Shown: positions 19,038-29,492, numbered from the stretch's first letter. The stretch: 64,000 nucleotides of DNA from an uncultured Sulfitobacter sp. (GCA_964447345.1 CAYUSM010000001.1:194-64193), one strand, 5' to 3'. Numbers and translations: made by a program. Notes: generated by a model not told the origin, from the sequence alone.

Positions 19038-19445
19038 TTAGCGGGTGCCCGCCATACCGGCAGCCGCCTCGGTCACCATAGCGTCCCAATTACGCGAACA
19101 GACCCGGTTCAGCACTTTGATCTCTTCGGCAAAGCGCGTCAGGTCATCGTCTGCATCCGCGATGGACGTGGCGGTAGCGGAACCTTGTGACGCCGCCGAA
19201 TTGCTTTCTTCCTGAGTTGTGCCCACGGAAGAATCTGTCGCCGTTGCAGTTCCATCCGTCGGCTGGACATCATCATTCATGGCGGCAACCGCCATCACGG
19301 CGACTTTGTCACGATCCGCGCCGCCCAACGCATTGTATTCCTCGCAAGTCATTGAATTGACGTCGAGGTGTGCGGCAGCAAAGGCCGGTACGCTCATGAG
19401 GCTGAGAAGGCCGGCGGCGGCAAGTGTTTTGAATGTATTGGTCAT
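19038..19445 (-). CDS. Secreted HdeA/HdeB-like protein
   Basis: Signal peptide; DVNSMTCEEYNAL motif and a second Cys (RVCS); AGGAG RBS. Confidence 0.65.
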   Translation of the reverse strand: MTNTFKTLAAAGLLSLMSVPAFAAAHLDVNSMTCEEYNALGGADRDKVAVMAVAAMNDDVQPTDGTATATDSSVGTTQEESNSAASQGSATATSIADADDDLTRFAEEIKVLNRVCSRNWDAMVTEAAAGMAGTR

Positions 19446-19475
19446 CAGGATGCTCCTAGATTGCTATCGGGAGTC

Positions 19476-19501
19476 AACTGGACGAGTTCACCCTAAGTTC
19501 C
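19476..19501 (-). promoter_or_regulatory. EcfG-type promoter for the HdeA-like gene
   Basis: Minus strand GGAAC-ttagggtgaactcgtcc-AGTT (N17), about 30 nt before the ATG. Confidence 0.6.
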
Positions 19502-19688
19502 TGTATTTATTTACCTTTGCCTATGTCATAGTTAATTGACTGGGCTAAGCACATGTTTTTCCGGCGGGAATCCGGACGCCTATTTTGAGAACATCTGCCG
19601 ATTGTTCAGGAACGTATCTCCGTCGCCCGGAAATCTCTGTCAGTTTGTGCTCTGGACGCAGCCCATGCGCACGCATAACACTTGGGCA

Positions 19689-20636
19689 ATGCTGCGCTAC
19701 ACTCTCAAACGCTTGCTGTCGCTTGTCATCAGCCTCGCTGTCGCATCGGTGGTGATTTTTGCAGTGATCGAAGTCGCTCCGGGCGATCCGGCGTCCTTCA
19801 TGCTGGGTGTGAACGCTCAGCAAGACACCTTGGCCGCTTTGCGGGCCGAGCTTGGCCTCGATGTGCCAAAGGTGCAGCGCTATTTCGCGTGGGTCGGGGG
19901 GATGCTGACCGGCGACTTCGGCACCTCGTACACCTACCGCACGCCAGTCTCGCAGATGGTGGCAGACCGTCTGTGGGTGTCATTGCCGCTGGCACTCTAT
20001 GCGTTGACGATCAGTACGCTGGTCGCTTTCCCCGCAGGCATATACGCCGCCAGCCGCCGAGGTCAGGCAGGTGACCTTGGCGTGATGGGGGCAACGCAAC
20101 TTGGCGTCGCAGTGCCAAACTTCTGGTTTGCGATGATGCTGGTGCTCATTTTCGCCATCAATCTGCGCTGGTTTGCGGCAGGGGGGTTCGTTGGCTGGGA
20201 TGCAGGTTTCTGGGCGGGCCTTCACGCGCTGACCCTGCCTGCCGTTGCGCTTGCGTTGCCGCAGGCGGCGATCCTTGCGCGGGTTATGCGTTCGTCCCTG
20301 CTGGATGTGCTGGGCGAGGATTTCATGCGCACGGCGCGTGCCAAGGGGCTCTCCGCGCGACAGGCACTTTGGCGGCACGGATTGCGCAATGCGCTGATCC
20401 CGGTGCTGACAATCATCGGGCTGCAATTCTCATTCCTGCTGGCGGGCTCCATTATCATCGAGCAGGTCTTCTATCTGCCAGGCCTTGGCCGCCTGGTGTT
20501 TCAATCCATTTCTGCCCGCGATCTGATCGTGGTAGAATCCGTTGTGATGCTGCTCGTCTTCTCGGTCATCACCGTGAACTTTCTGGTTGATCTCGCCTAT
20601 GCTGCTGTTGACCCAAGGCTGAGGTCCCGCACGTGA
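19689..20636 (+). CDS. Peptide ABC permease (DppB-like)
   Basis: MLRYTLKRLL, PGDPA, GDFGTSY, EAA loop RTARAKGLS...HGLRNAL, IIEQVFYLPGLG. Confidence 0.92.
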   Translation: MLRYTLKRLLSLVISLAVASVVIFAVIEVAPGDPASFMLGVNAQQDTLAALRAELGLDVPKVQRYFAWVGGMLTGDFGTSYTYRTPVSQMVADRLWVSLPLALYALTISTLVAFPAGIYAASRRGQAGDLGVMGATQLGVAVPNFWFAMMLVLIFAINLRWFAAGGFVGWDAGFWAGLHALTLPAVALALPQAAILARVMRSSLLDVLGEDFMRTARAKGLSARQALWRHGLRNALIPVLTIIGLQFSFLLAGSIIIEQVFYLPGLGRLVFQSISARDLIVVESVVMLLVFSVITVNFLVDLAYAAVDPRLRSRT

Positions 20637-21448
20637 AGCGCAATCTGATCCTTGGCGGGCTGCTGACGGCTGTTTTCCTTTTCGCAGCTTTGATCAGCTT
20701 TTTCTGGACGCCCTACGATCACACCGTCCTCGACATTCCCAACAAGCTCAAGACACCCTATGGCGATCATCTGTTGGGTACCGATCATTTTGGCCGCGAC
20801 CTGCTGAGCATGATCATGGTGGGCGCGCGTACGTCGATCGCTGTGGCCTTTGTCGCCGTGGGCATCGGCATGGGACTGGGCGTACCGCTGGGCCTCTGGG
20901 CGGCGGCGCGCACGGGCAGTATGATTGATGAACTGATCATGCGCGGCAACGACCTGATCTTTGCCTTCCCCAGCCTCGTCATTGCCATCCTCATCACTGC
21001 GATCTTTGGCGCAGGTGCAATCAACGCGATCATTGCCATTGGTATCTTCAACATTCCTGTCTTTGCGCGCATCACCCGTGGCGCGGCCCTGTCGCTCTGG
21101 CAGCGCGAATTCATTCTTGCGGCGCGTGTCGCTGGCAAGAACGCGACACGGATTTCCGTGGAACACATCCTGCCGAACGTCACCAATCTGCTCATCGTGC
21201 AGGGCACCATTCAGTTCTCTTTGGGCATCCTTGCCGAAGCAGGCCTCAGTTACGTTGGCCTTGGCGCGCAGCCTCCGACACCGTCTTGGGGCCGTATGCT
21301 GGCCGATGCGCAAACACTGGTCAGCATCGCGCCGCACATGGCGCTGGTCCCGGGTTTTGCGATCATCCTCACCGTTTTGGGCCTGAACCTGATGGGTGAT
21401 GGATTGCGCGACTATCTTGACCCTAGGCTCAGGGTGGCGCGGACATGA
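20633..21448 (+). CDS. Peptide ABC permease (DppC-like)
   Basis: HLLGTDHFGRD, EFILAARVAG, HILPN, GLGAQPPTPSWG. Confidence 0.92.
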   Translation: MKRNLILGGLLTAVFLFAALISFFWTPYDHTVLDIPNKLKTPYGDHLLGTDHFGRDLLSMIMVGARTSIAVAFVAVGIGMGLGVPLGLWAAARTGSMIDELIMRGNDLIFAFPSLVIAILITAIFGAGAINAIIAIGIFNIPVFARITRGAALSLWQREFILAARVAGKNATRISVEHILPNVTNLLIVQGTIQFSLGILAEAGLSYVGLGAQPPTPSWGRMLADAQTLVSIAPHMALVPGFAIILTVLGLNLMGDGLRDYLDPRLRVART

Positions 21449-23043
21449 CGCTTCTCTCCATCGAAAACCTCAGCCTTTCGATCCATCAGTTCGAGATCCT
21501 GCACGACGTCAGCCTGAGCATCGCGCCGGGTGAGATCGTCGCCGTGACAGGCGAAAGCGGGTCGGGGAAATCCATGACGGCGCTCGCGACGATGCAGCTC
21601 TTGCCCAAGGGTGCGCATACGTCGGGGCGCATCATGCTGGGTGACGAGGACCTGACCCAGCTTAACGAGGCCACGCTGTGCAAGATGCGCGGGAACGATA
21701 TGGGGATGGTGTTCCAGGAACCCATGACCGCGCTGAACCCGGTACAGACCATCGGTGCACAGGTGGCCGAGACGATCCGTATCCACGAGCCCACCCTAAG
21801 CCGGCCCAAGGCCGAAGCGCGTGCCGCTGAAACACTGACCCGGGTTGGTCTCCCGCAGGACCGCTTTCCACTTGGCCGATTCCCTCATGAGCTGAGCGGC
21901 GGTCAGCGCCAGCGGGTTGTGATCGCGATGGCCATTGCGTTGCGCCCGCGCCTGCTGATCGCGGATGAGCCAACGACGGCGCTGGACGTGACGACGCAGG
22001 CGCAAATCCTCGACCTGTTGAAGGGGCTCGCCAAAGCTGACCAGATGGGCCTTCTGATGATCACCCATGATCTGGCTGTGGTCGCGGACATGGCCGACCG
22101 CATCGTGGTGATGCGCAACGGCAAGATCGTTGAACAGGGAGAGACGCAATCCCTGCTGCAGAACATGCAGCATCCTTACACCAAAATGCTATTTGCGGCA
22201 TCCGGTCATCAGGTCGATCTGCCAGCAGCGCCCGCACCCGCCCCCCTGCTGGAAGTGAAAAACGTTATTCGGGACTACCGCCTGCCGCGCAAAACGCTCT
22301 TTGGTACGCCGGGACATTTCCGTGCCGTCGATGACGTGTCTTTCACCATTCAACGCGGCGAACGACTGGGGCTGGTCGGTGAAAGCGGTTGCGGCAAATC
22401 CACGCTCACACGCGCCCTTCTCGGGCTTGAACAAGTGCAGGGCGGCAGCATCACGCTGGACGGCGAACCGGTCTTCACTGGTGCTAAACCGAACCTCGCC
22501 GTGCGGCGCAAAATGCAGGTTGTCTTTCAGGACCCCTTTGGCAGCTTCAACCCGCGTCACCGTGTCGACCGGCTCATCACCGAACCCTTTCATCTCCTGA
22601 CCGAGTCACCCACCGGTGCTGCGCGCCAAAGAGCCATCGATGAAGCGCTGACTGCTGTCGGGCTGAGCGCCCGCGATGCCACCAAGTACATACACGAATT
22701 CTCTGGTGGACAGCGCCAGCGCATTGCCATTGCCCGCGCATTGATCATTCGCCCTGACCTGATCCTATTTGACGAGGCGGTCAGCGCCTTGGACGTCTCC
22801 GTCCGGGCACAGATCCTCGACCTGCTTGCCGATCTCTGCGCGGCCTATGACCTGACCTACCTTTTCATATCTCACGACCTCAGCGTCGTACGCACCGTCA
22901 CAGACCGCGTGTTGGTCATGAAGTCCGGCAAGATCGTCGAACAGGGCGTCACCGAAGACGTCTTTGAAAACCCAACCCATAGCTATACCAAAACCCTGAT
23001 CGCAGCCGCGCCCGTGCTGCCCGATATCGGAGTCCCCGCATGA
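21445..23043 (+). CDS. Fused double ABC ATPase (DppD/F-like)
   Basis: Two Walker A motifs ([16 protein letters not shown]) and two SGGQRQR signatures. Confidence 0.93.
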   Translation: MTLLSIENLSLSIHQFEILHDVSLSIAPGEIVAVTGESGSGKSMTALATMQLLPKGAHTSGRIMLGDEDLTQLNEATLCKMRGNDMGMVFQEPMTALNPVQTIGAQVAETIRIHEPTLSRPKAEARAAETLTRVGLPQDRFPLGRFPHELSGGQRQRVVIAMAIALRPRLLIADEPTTALDVTTQAQILDLLKGLAKADQMGLLMITHDLAVVADMADRIVVMRNGKIVEQGETQSLLQNMQHPYTKMLFAASGHQVDLPAAPAPAPLLEVKNVIRDYRLPRKTLFGTPGHFRAVDDVSFTIQRGERLGLVGESGCGKSTLTRALLGLEQVQGGSITLDGEPVFTGAKPNLAVRRKMQVVFQDPFGSFNPRHRVDRLITEPFHLLTESPTGAARQRAIDEALTAVGLSARDATKYIHEFSGGQRQRIAIARALIIRPDLILFDEAVSALDVSVRAQILDLLADLCAAYDLTYLFISHDLSVVRTVTDRVLVMKSGKIVEQGVTEDVFENPTHSYTKTLIAAAPVLPDIGVPA

Positions 23044-23393
23044 GCCAGCCCATCAACCTCGCCCAGAAGCTGAACCAGATCAGCACCCATTGGGACCCGC
23101 ACGTCATCGCCGACTACAACGACAACGACGTGATGGTCGTGAAGTTTCAGGGCGAGTTTCCCTTTCATTTGCACGAGGACACGGATGATTTCTTTCTCGT
23201 TCTCAAAGGCGAGATGGTGATGGACTACGAAGACAGTGCGCACCCGGTAAAAGCGGGCGAGGTATTCATTGTGCCAAAAGGTGTGACCCACCGCCCCAGG
23301 GCAGAGAACGAATGCGAAGTGCTGCTGATTGAACCCAAGGGTGAGCCCAATACCGGCGACCCTGCGACCGCTGCGGCCAAGCCGAGGCTTTGA
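23040..23393 (+). CDS. Cupin domain protein
   Basis: FPFHLHEDTDDFFLVLKG; VPKGVTHRP; ATGA coupling. Confidence 0.85.
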   Translation: MSQPINLAQKLNQISTHWDPHVIADYNDNDVMVVKFQGEFPFHLHEDTDDFFLVLKGEMVMDYEDSAHPVKAGEVFIVPKGVTHRPRAENECEVLLIEPKGEPNTGDPATAAAKPRL

Positions 23394-23397
23394 GGCC

Positions 23398-24387
23398 ATG
23401 CAGCCCGGACCCAAGAACCTGATCACCGACATTGAGGGCGTGCTTGTCGGTAATGCGCAGGACACAGCGCTGAAATCTGGGAGTACTGTCCTGACAGCCG
23501 ATAAGCCTTTCACGGCCTCCGTGCATGTCATGGGCGGTGCGCCCGGCACACGAGAGACCGACCTGCTGGCCCCCGACAAATCAGTCGCGGAGGTGGACGC
23601 GCTGGTGCTGTCTGGCGGGTCCGCCTATGGGCTCGACGCCTGTTCAGGCGTTGTTGACGGGCTGCGCGCGGCGGGCCGGGGGTTCAAGATTGGCCCGGCA
23701 ACGATCCCCCTTGTACCGGGTGCGATCCTTTTTGATCTGCTGAATGGTGGTGCCAAGGACTGGGACGAAAACCCCTACCGCGCACTGGGCCGCGCCGCGT
23801 TGGAGAATGCGTCGGACAGCTTCCAGCTTGGCACCGTTGGCGCAGGCACAGGCGCGCTTACCGGCATGCTCAAGGGCGGTCTAGGATCGGCTTCATTGAG
23901 GCTGCCTGACGGCAGTACGGTTGGTGCCCTTGTTGCCACAAACCCAGTTGGTGCCGTCACCACGCCGGGGGACAAGCATTTCTATGCCGCCCCTTTTGAG
24001 ATCGGCGATGAATTTGGCGGTCTGGGCCCTGACCCGGCAAGCGGGCTCGGCCTCACACCTGAAAGTCGCAAAATGCAGGCGATGTCGCTGCGGGAAAACA
24101 CCACCATCGCGATCATTGCCACAGACGCCAAACTGACCAAGGCGGAGTGCCAGCGTGTTGCCACCGCGGCGCATGACGGTATTGGCCGCGCGACTGTTCC
24201 GGCCCATCTGCCGCAGGACGGCGATCTGGTCTTTGCGCTCAGTACCGATGCCCGACCAGCGGGCAATGTCGGCATCATCGGGCATGCCGCCGCCCTTTGC
24301 CTGTCCCGCGCCATTGCCCGCGCCGTGTACGAGGCCACGCCCGCCGCCGGAGACCTGCTGCCCTGCTGGAGAACGCTCAATGCCTGA
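23398..24387 (+). CDS. P1/S58 family peptidase (DmpA-like)
   Basis: NLITDIEGVLVG, GGAPGTRETDLL, LSGGSAYGL, VGAGTGA, ENTTI autoprocessing site, DGDLVFALS. Confidence 0.88.
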   Translation: MQPGPKNLITDIEGVLVGNAQDTALKSGSTVLTADKPFTASVHVMGGAPGTRETDLLAPDKSVAEVDALVLSGGSAYGLDACSGVVDGLRAAGRGFKIGPATIPLVPGAILFDLLNGGAKDWDENPYRALGRAALENASDSFQLGTVGAGTGALTGMLKGGLGSASLRLPDGSTVGALVATNPVGAVTTPGDKHFYAAPFEIGDEFGGLGPDPASGLGLTPESRKMQAMSLRENTTIAIIATDAKLTKAECQRVATAAHDGIGRATVPAHLPQDGDLVFALSTDARPAGNVGIIGHAAALCLSRAIARAVYEATPAAGDLLPCWRTLNA

Positions 24388-25189
24388 CCTGCCGCTCAAC
24401 GACATCACCCTGCATTACGAGTTGGAGGGGAATGGCCCACCCCTCTTGCTGCTGGCCGGAATGCTGAGCGACAGCGCAACCTGGGCCACCTTCGCACCGC
24501 TCTTTACCGACCGTTATACAGTCATCCGCCCTGACAACCGTACCACGGGTCGCACGACGCCATGGGATGCGCCAGCCGACTGCGCGTTGATGGCGCAGGA
24601 TGCCTTGGCCTTGATGGATCACCTGGGCTTTGCACAGTTCCACTGTGCAGGCCATTCGCTTGGCGGGTTGTTGACGCTTGAATTGGCCCACGCGGTGCCG
24701 GATCGCATCGCTACAGCAACTGTGCTGGCTTCGGGCCGGATACGTGCGCCGCGGACGGCAGCGCTATTCCAGACTTTGCTGAAAATCCGCCGCGCCCCTC
24801 AAGGAGAGGAGATGTGGCTCCGTGCATTATATCCGTGGATATTTGGCAATGCATTCTTTGCCGACCCTGCAAACATCGAAATGGCGCTTGAAGCGGCTCT
24901 TGCCTATCCGCACGCACAGACCGCAGACGCCATGGCGCATCAGGTGGAAGCCTTCCGCACATTCAGACCCACAGCCATACCGGAAGAGATCACAAGGCCA
25001 ACGCTGATCATGTACGCGGGCCAGGACATCATGGTGCCGCCGGATACCGCGAGAGAGAGTTTTGACGCACTACCCAATGCCACGCACCACGTGATCGAAG
25101 AGGCCGGTCATTCCATTGTCTGGGACGCCACCAAAGAAGTAGCGGACACCCTCAATACATTTCTGGACGCACACCCGATCCGGGTGTGA
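24380..25189 (+). CDS. Alpha/beta hydrolase
   Basis: GHSLGG nucleophile elbow; GQD acid; AGH His; GGAG RBS before ATG 24380. Confidence 0.88.
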   Translation: MPDLPLNDITLHYELEGNGPPLLLLAGMLSDSATWATFAPLFTDRYTVIRPDNRTTGRTTPWDAPADCALMAQDALALMDHLGFAQFHCAGHSLGGLLTLELAHAVPDRIATATVLASGRIRAPRTAALFQTLLKIRRAPQGEEMWLRALYPWIFGNAFFADPANIEMALEAALAYPHAQTADAMAHQVEAFRTFRPTAIPEEITRPTLIMYAGQDIMVPPDTARESFDALPNATHHVIEEAGHSIVWDATKEVADTLNTFLDAHPIRV

Positions 25190-25837
25190 TCACACCGCGT
25201 CTATCTGGTTGGCGGGTATCGCACGCTCCAACTCTGGCACTGCAATGCAGTTGGTGTGGATGCGATTGATCGTCGGATAGGGTACCATATCGACCTCAAA
25301 ACGCGCATTGTTGATGACCTGCGCATATAGGCAAAGATCGGCCAGCCCCACCGTGTCGCCGTGACAGAACGCCCCTGTCTCTGGCTCCGCCGCCAGCCGC
25401 GCCTCAAGCGCTTGCATGCCTGCATTGGCCCATTTGCGAAACCACGCCGCCTTGGCGCTTGCATCCGCGCCATACTCCACCTCCAGATGCTGCAGGATAC
25501 GCAGGTTGTTCACCGGATGGATGTCCAGCGCCACGATGTGTGCGAGGCTTCGCACCCGCGCGCGGCCCCAAGGGTCTTGCGGCAGCAAGGGTGGTTCGGG
25601 ATGTACCTCATCCAGCCACTCAAGGATCGCAAGTGACTGAGGCAGCGGACCTTGCGGCGTGACCAGCGTGGGCACAAGACCCGATGGGTTCATCGCCAGA
25701 TGCTCTTTGGCAACATGCTCACCTTTCAAGAGCGCCAACGGGACGTAGTCATAGGCCAGCCCCTTGAGGTTCAACGCCGCGCGCACGCGGACAGAGGTGG
25801 AAGACCGAAAGTAGTTGTGCAAAACCAGATCGCTCAT
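25190..25837 (-). CDS. maiA: Maleylacetoacetate/maleylpyruvate isomerase (GST zeta)
   Basis: YFRSSTSVRVRAALNLKG, NPSGLVP, QSLAILEWLDE, DIHPVNNLRIL. Confidence 0.9.
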   Translation of the reverse strand: MSDLVLHNYFRSSTSVRVRAALNLKGLAYDYVPLALLKGEHVAKEHLAMNPSGLVPTLVTPQGPLPQSLAILEWLDEVHPEPPLLPQDPWGRARVRSLAHIVALDIHPVNNLRILQHLEVEYGADASAKAAWFRKWANAGMQALEARLAAEPETGAFCHGDTVGLADLCLYAQVINNARFEVDMVPYPTINRIHTNCIAVPELERAIPANQIDAV

Positions 25838-26529
25838 GCTCTCGGTCCGATCTTGACCTCGATCTCACCGATCCCTTCAACACCACCAGTCATCACATCA
25901 CCCGCGACAACGGCGCCCACACCTGCAGGTGTGCCCGTCATCACCAGATCACCGGGGGCCAATGTGACGGCGCGCGAGAGGATCGAGACGTGCTCCTTCA
26001 CAGACCATATCAAATCGGCGATGTCTGCGTCCTGCCGCATCTCACCATTTACGGCGAGCCAGATGCGCGCCTTTTCAACACTTGGCACATCCGCAATGGG
26101 CTTGATCGCGCCAATCGGGGCAGACTTGTCAAAGGCTTTGCCCCAATCCCAGGGGCGTCCCATCTCCTTAGCTTCGCCTTGCAAATCCCGGCGTGTCATG
26201 TCGAGGCCGACAGCAGCGCCCCAGACATGGTCCATCACGTCTTCTTCGCCAATGTCAGCACCTCCCTTGCCAATGGCAATCACCAGTTCGATTTCGTGAT
26301 GCAGATTTTCCGTCAGCGGCGGATAGGGGATGGTGCAGGGCGCATCGAGTGCGGCGTCCGCAGGTTTGGTGAAGAAGAACGGCGCTTCCCGCGTGGGGTC
26401 CTTTCCCATTTCACGCGCATGTGCCTCGTAATTGCGACCGACACAGAAAATGCGACGGATGGGAAAGCGGTCGGCCGATCCTTGCACAGCAAGGCTGGCC
26501 TGTTTGGGCGCGTCGAAGACGTATGACAT
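25834..26529 (-). CDS. Fumarylacetoacetate hydrolase family (fumarylpyruvate hydrolase-like)
   Basis: RIFCVGRNYEAHAREMG, FFFTKP, HHEIEL, DMTRRDLQ, TGTPAGVG. Confidence 0.9.
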   Translation of the reverse strand: MSYVFDAPKQASLAVQGSADRFPIRRIFCVGRNYEAHAREMGKDPTREAPFFFTKPADAALDAPCTIPYPPLTENLHHEIELVIAIGKGGADIGEEDVMDHVWGAAVGLDMTRRDLQGEAKEMGRPWDWGKAFDKSAPIGAIKPIADVPSVEKARIWLAVNGEMRQDADIADLIWSVKEHVSILSRAVTLAPGDLVMTGTPAGVGAVVAGDVMTGGVEGIGEIEVKIGPRA

Positions 26530-26587
26530 GAGTGATATCCTTTTTGCCCACCGAACACGCCCGCGCGTGCGCCGTCAACTCGACAGT

Positions 26588-26980
26588 CTATGAGGCTGCT
26601 TTGGCAAGGTCCGTCAGGATCGGGCAGTCAGGGCGGTTGTCTCCGGCGCAGGATTTCACCAATACGCTGAGCGTGTCGCGCATGGCGGTCAGCTCGCTCA
26701 ACTTGGCGTCGATCTCGTCCAGATGCTCCAGCGCTATGGCTTTGACGTCGGCACTCGCCCGCTCTTTGTCGTTGTAGAGCGCCAGCAGGCTGCGACAGCT
26801 TTCCACCGGAAAGCCGAGCGAGCGGGCACGGGCAAGGAAAGCCAGTTTGTGAACGTCATTTTCCGAGAACACGCGATAGCCGTTTGCCTCGCGCTGCGGC
26901 GTAACCAGACCGATGTCTTCGTAGTAGCGGATGGTTTTGGCGGGCAAGCCAGTCGTTTCGCTCACGGATTTGATGTTCAT
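26588..26980 (-). CDS. cueR: Cu(I)-responsive MerR regulator
   Basis: KTIRYYEDIGL; RASADVK; metal loop CAGDNRPDCPIL; coupled to copA. Confidence 0.93.
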   Translation of the reverse strand: MNIKSVSETTGLPAKTIRYYEDIGLVTPQREANGYRVFSENDVHKLAFLARARSLGFPVESCRSLLALYNDKERASADVKAIALEHLDEIDAKLSELTAMRDTLSVLVKSCAGDNRPDCPILTDLAKAAS

Positions 26981-29424
26981 GCCGCCCCTCCTGCACGCCG
27001 CAGGCGCAACGCATTGCCAACCACAAAGACAGAGGAAAACGCCATCGCACCTGCTGCCAGACCCGGCGACAGAAGCAGACCGAAAGCCGGGAACAGCACA
27101 CCTGCGGCCACCGGGATCAGCAGCGTATTGTATCCAAAGGCCCAGATCAGGTTTTCCTTGATGTTGCGCAGGGTCTGACGGGACAGGCCAAAGGCATGCA
27201 CGACACCCATCAGGTCGCCTGACATCAGCACCACATCCGCCGTCTCAATCGCCACATCTGTGCCTGTGCCGATTGCAATGCCCACATCAGCCTCGGCCAA
27301 TACCGGGGCGTCGTTGATCCCGTCGCCAACGAAGGCGACTTCGCCGTATTGACTGCGCAGGTCTTGCAGGGCGGCCATCTTGCCGTCGGGCAAGACGCCT
27401 GCCTTGACCGTCTCAATCCCCAGCTTCCTGGCGACCGCCTGAGCTGTCTGTTCGGCATCGCCGGTGATCATTGCGATCTTCAGGCCGCGATTGCGAAGGG
27501 CATTAATCGCTTCGGCGCTGGTAGGTCGGATCGGATCAGAAACCGCAAGCACCGCTGCCAGCGTTCCATCAAAGGCGGCGAAGAAAACGGTCTGCCCTTC
27601 GGCAGACAAGCTGGACACCATATCATCGACACCATCAAGAGAAGCACCACGCTCTTCCATCAGTCGCGCGTTGCCGATGGCGATGGAGATGCCATCCACG
27701 ACCCCGGTCATGCCACGCCCGGCATGTGTTTGAGGGTCTGAAACCTCTGACAGTTCAGTCCCTTGTGCCAGAGCACGTTCAAGGACCGCATGGGCGACCG
27801 GATGTTCGGAGCGTGACTCGACCGCCGCGATCCGCGCGAGCGCCTTCCGCTCGTCAACACCGCTCAGAACATGGAAGGTTGTCAGCGCCGGCTTGCCCTC
27901 GGTGATCGTCCCGGTTTTGTCGAGGGCCACCACGTCAACACTGCTGAGCGCCTGCAATGCGTCGCCCTGCCGAAAGAGGACACCGAGTTCAGCCGCGCGG
28001 CCGGTCCCCACCATAATAGACGTTGGCGTGGCCAGTCCCATGGCACAGGGGCACGCAATGATCAGCACAGATACGCCCACCACTAAAGCATGCGACAACC
28101 TTGGTTCAGGTCCGAAGATCAGCCAGAGTGTCACTGTAAGCAATGCAATGGCGATCACAGCTGGCACGAACCACAATGTCACCCGATCAACCAGCGCCTG
28201 AATGGGCAGTCGCGCGCCCTGTGCCTGTTGCACCATGCGAATGATCTGGGACAGGGTCGTGTCCTCTCCCACGCGTTCGGCACGGCAAATCAGACTGCCA
28301 TGCCCATTCACGCTGCCGCCTGTCAGCGCATCGCCTGCAGCCTTGGCCACCTGCATCGGCTCTCCGGTGATCATGCTTTCATCGACGCGACTTTCGCCCG
28401 AGATGACACTGGCATCGGTCGGGACCCTTGCGCCCGGTTGAAGCATGAATTCATCACCCACACGCAAGTCGGACACGGGCACATCAACCCAATCCCCATC
28501 GCGACGCACTTTTGCACTGCGTGGCTGCAGACCCACCAGCTTGCGAATGGCCGCCCCGGTTTGGCCCTTGGCTCGTGCTTCAAACCAGCGACCCAGCAGG
28601 ATCAGCGTGACGATCACCGCGGCGGCTTCGAAATAGACCACACGTGTGCCCTGCGGCAGCACGGCAGGTGCGAAAAGTGCCACGGTTGAGAAAACCCAGG
28701 CCGACCCGGCACCCAATGCCACGAGGCTGTCCATTGTCGGCGCACGCCGCCACAGGGCTGGAAACCCTTTGGCAAAGAACTGACGGCCCGGCCCGATCAA
28801 AACAAGCGTTGTCAGCGCAAACTGGGTGATCCAGCTTGCTTCATGCCCGATGGTACGAGTGATGAAGTGGTGCCAAGCGGGAAAGACATGTCCTCCCATC
28901 TCCAGCACGAAAACCGGGATCGTCAGTACGGCGGCCCAGATCATTGCACGTTTGTGCTGCTCAGCCTCTGCCTGTTTGACAGCACCCTGATCCTCAACCG
29001 TATCGCGCTCAGCAATCTTGGCGGGGTAGCCTGCCTTGGCGGCGACCTCCGTCAGCCTTTCGGCACTTGTGGTCCCCGGCACATATCGGACCGTTGCCGT
29101 CTCATCCGCAAGGTTGACCTGTGCGTCAAGCACACCCACTGCGCTTTGCAGCGCACGGTCAAGCCGACCGACGCAAGAAGCGCAGGACATTCCACTGATG
29201 GCCAGCCTGACTTCTTCGCTGCGGGCGGGATAACCTGCAACATCAAGCGCGGTCAGCGCTTCGGCTACAGGCGAAGTATTCTCGACCGTGAAACGGGCCG
29301 TTTCATCCGCGAGGTTGACGTGAATATCGGCCGCACCTTTGACCTTTTGCAGGACCTTCGTCACCCGCCCTGCGCAACCGCCGCAGTGCATGTTCTGGAC
29401 CGGAAAAGTGATTGTTTGAGCCAC
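26977..29424 (-). CDS. copA: Cu(I)-translocating P1B ATPase
   Basis: Two HMA domains (CGGC, CASC), TGE, CPC, DKTGT, SEHP, GDGINDAP, YN and MAFSS motifs. Confidence 0.95.
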   Translation of the reverse strand: MAQTITFPVQNMHCGGCAGRVTKVLQKVKGAADIHVNLADETARFTVENTSPVAEALTALDVAGYPARSEEVRLAISGMSCASCVGRLDRALQSAVGVLDAQVNLADETATVRYVPGTTSAERLTEVAAKAGYPAKIAERDTVEDQGAVKQAEAEQHKRAMIWAAVLTIPVFVLEMGGHVFPAWHHFITRTIGHEASWITQFALTTLVLIGPGRQFFAKGFPALWRRAPTMDSLVALGAGSAWVFSTVALFAPAVLPQGTRVVYFEAAAVIVTLILLGRWFEARAKGQTGAAIRKLVGLQPRSAKVRRDGDWVDVPVSDLRVGDEFMLQPGARVPTDASVISGESRVDESMITGEPMQVAKAAGDALTGGSVNGHGSLICRAERVGEDTTLSQIIRMVQQAQGARLPIQALVDRVTLWFVPAVIAIALLTVTLWLIFGPEPRLSHALVVGVSVLIIACPCAMGLATPTSIMVGTGRAAELGVLFRQGDALQALSSVDVVALDKTGTITEGKPALTTFHVLSGVDERKALARIAAVESRSEHPVAHAVLERALAQGTELSEVSDPQTHAGRGMTGVVDGISIAIGNARLMEERGASLDGVDDMVSSLSAEGQTVFFAAFDGTLAAVLAVSDPIRPTSAEAINALRNRGLKIAMITGDAEQTAQAVARKLGIETVKAGVLPDGKMAALQDLRSQYGEVAFVGDGINDAPVLAEADVGIAIGTGTDVAIETADVVLMSGDLMGVVHAFGLSRQTLRNIKENLIWAFGYNTLLIPVAAGVLFPAFGLLLSPGLAAGAMAFSSVFVVGNALRLRRAGGAA

Positions 29425-29464
29425 TTCAGACGCCTCGCGAGTCTTCGTTTGACCGCATACATAA

Positions 29465-29488
29465 GGCTTCCAGTCACTGGAAGGTCAA
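29465..29488 (-). promoter_or_regulatory. CueR operator overlapping the copA -35
   Basis: Minus strand TTGACCTTCC-AGTGACT-GGAAGCC matches the CueR dyad ACCTTCC-N7-GGAAGGT, with a TTGACC -35. Confidence 0.85.
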
Positions 29489-29492
29489 GAGC

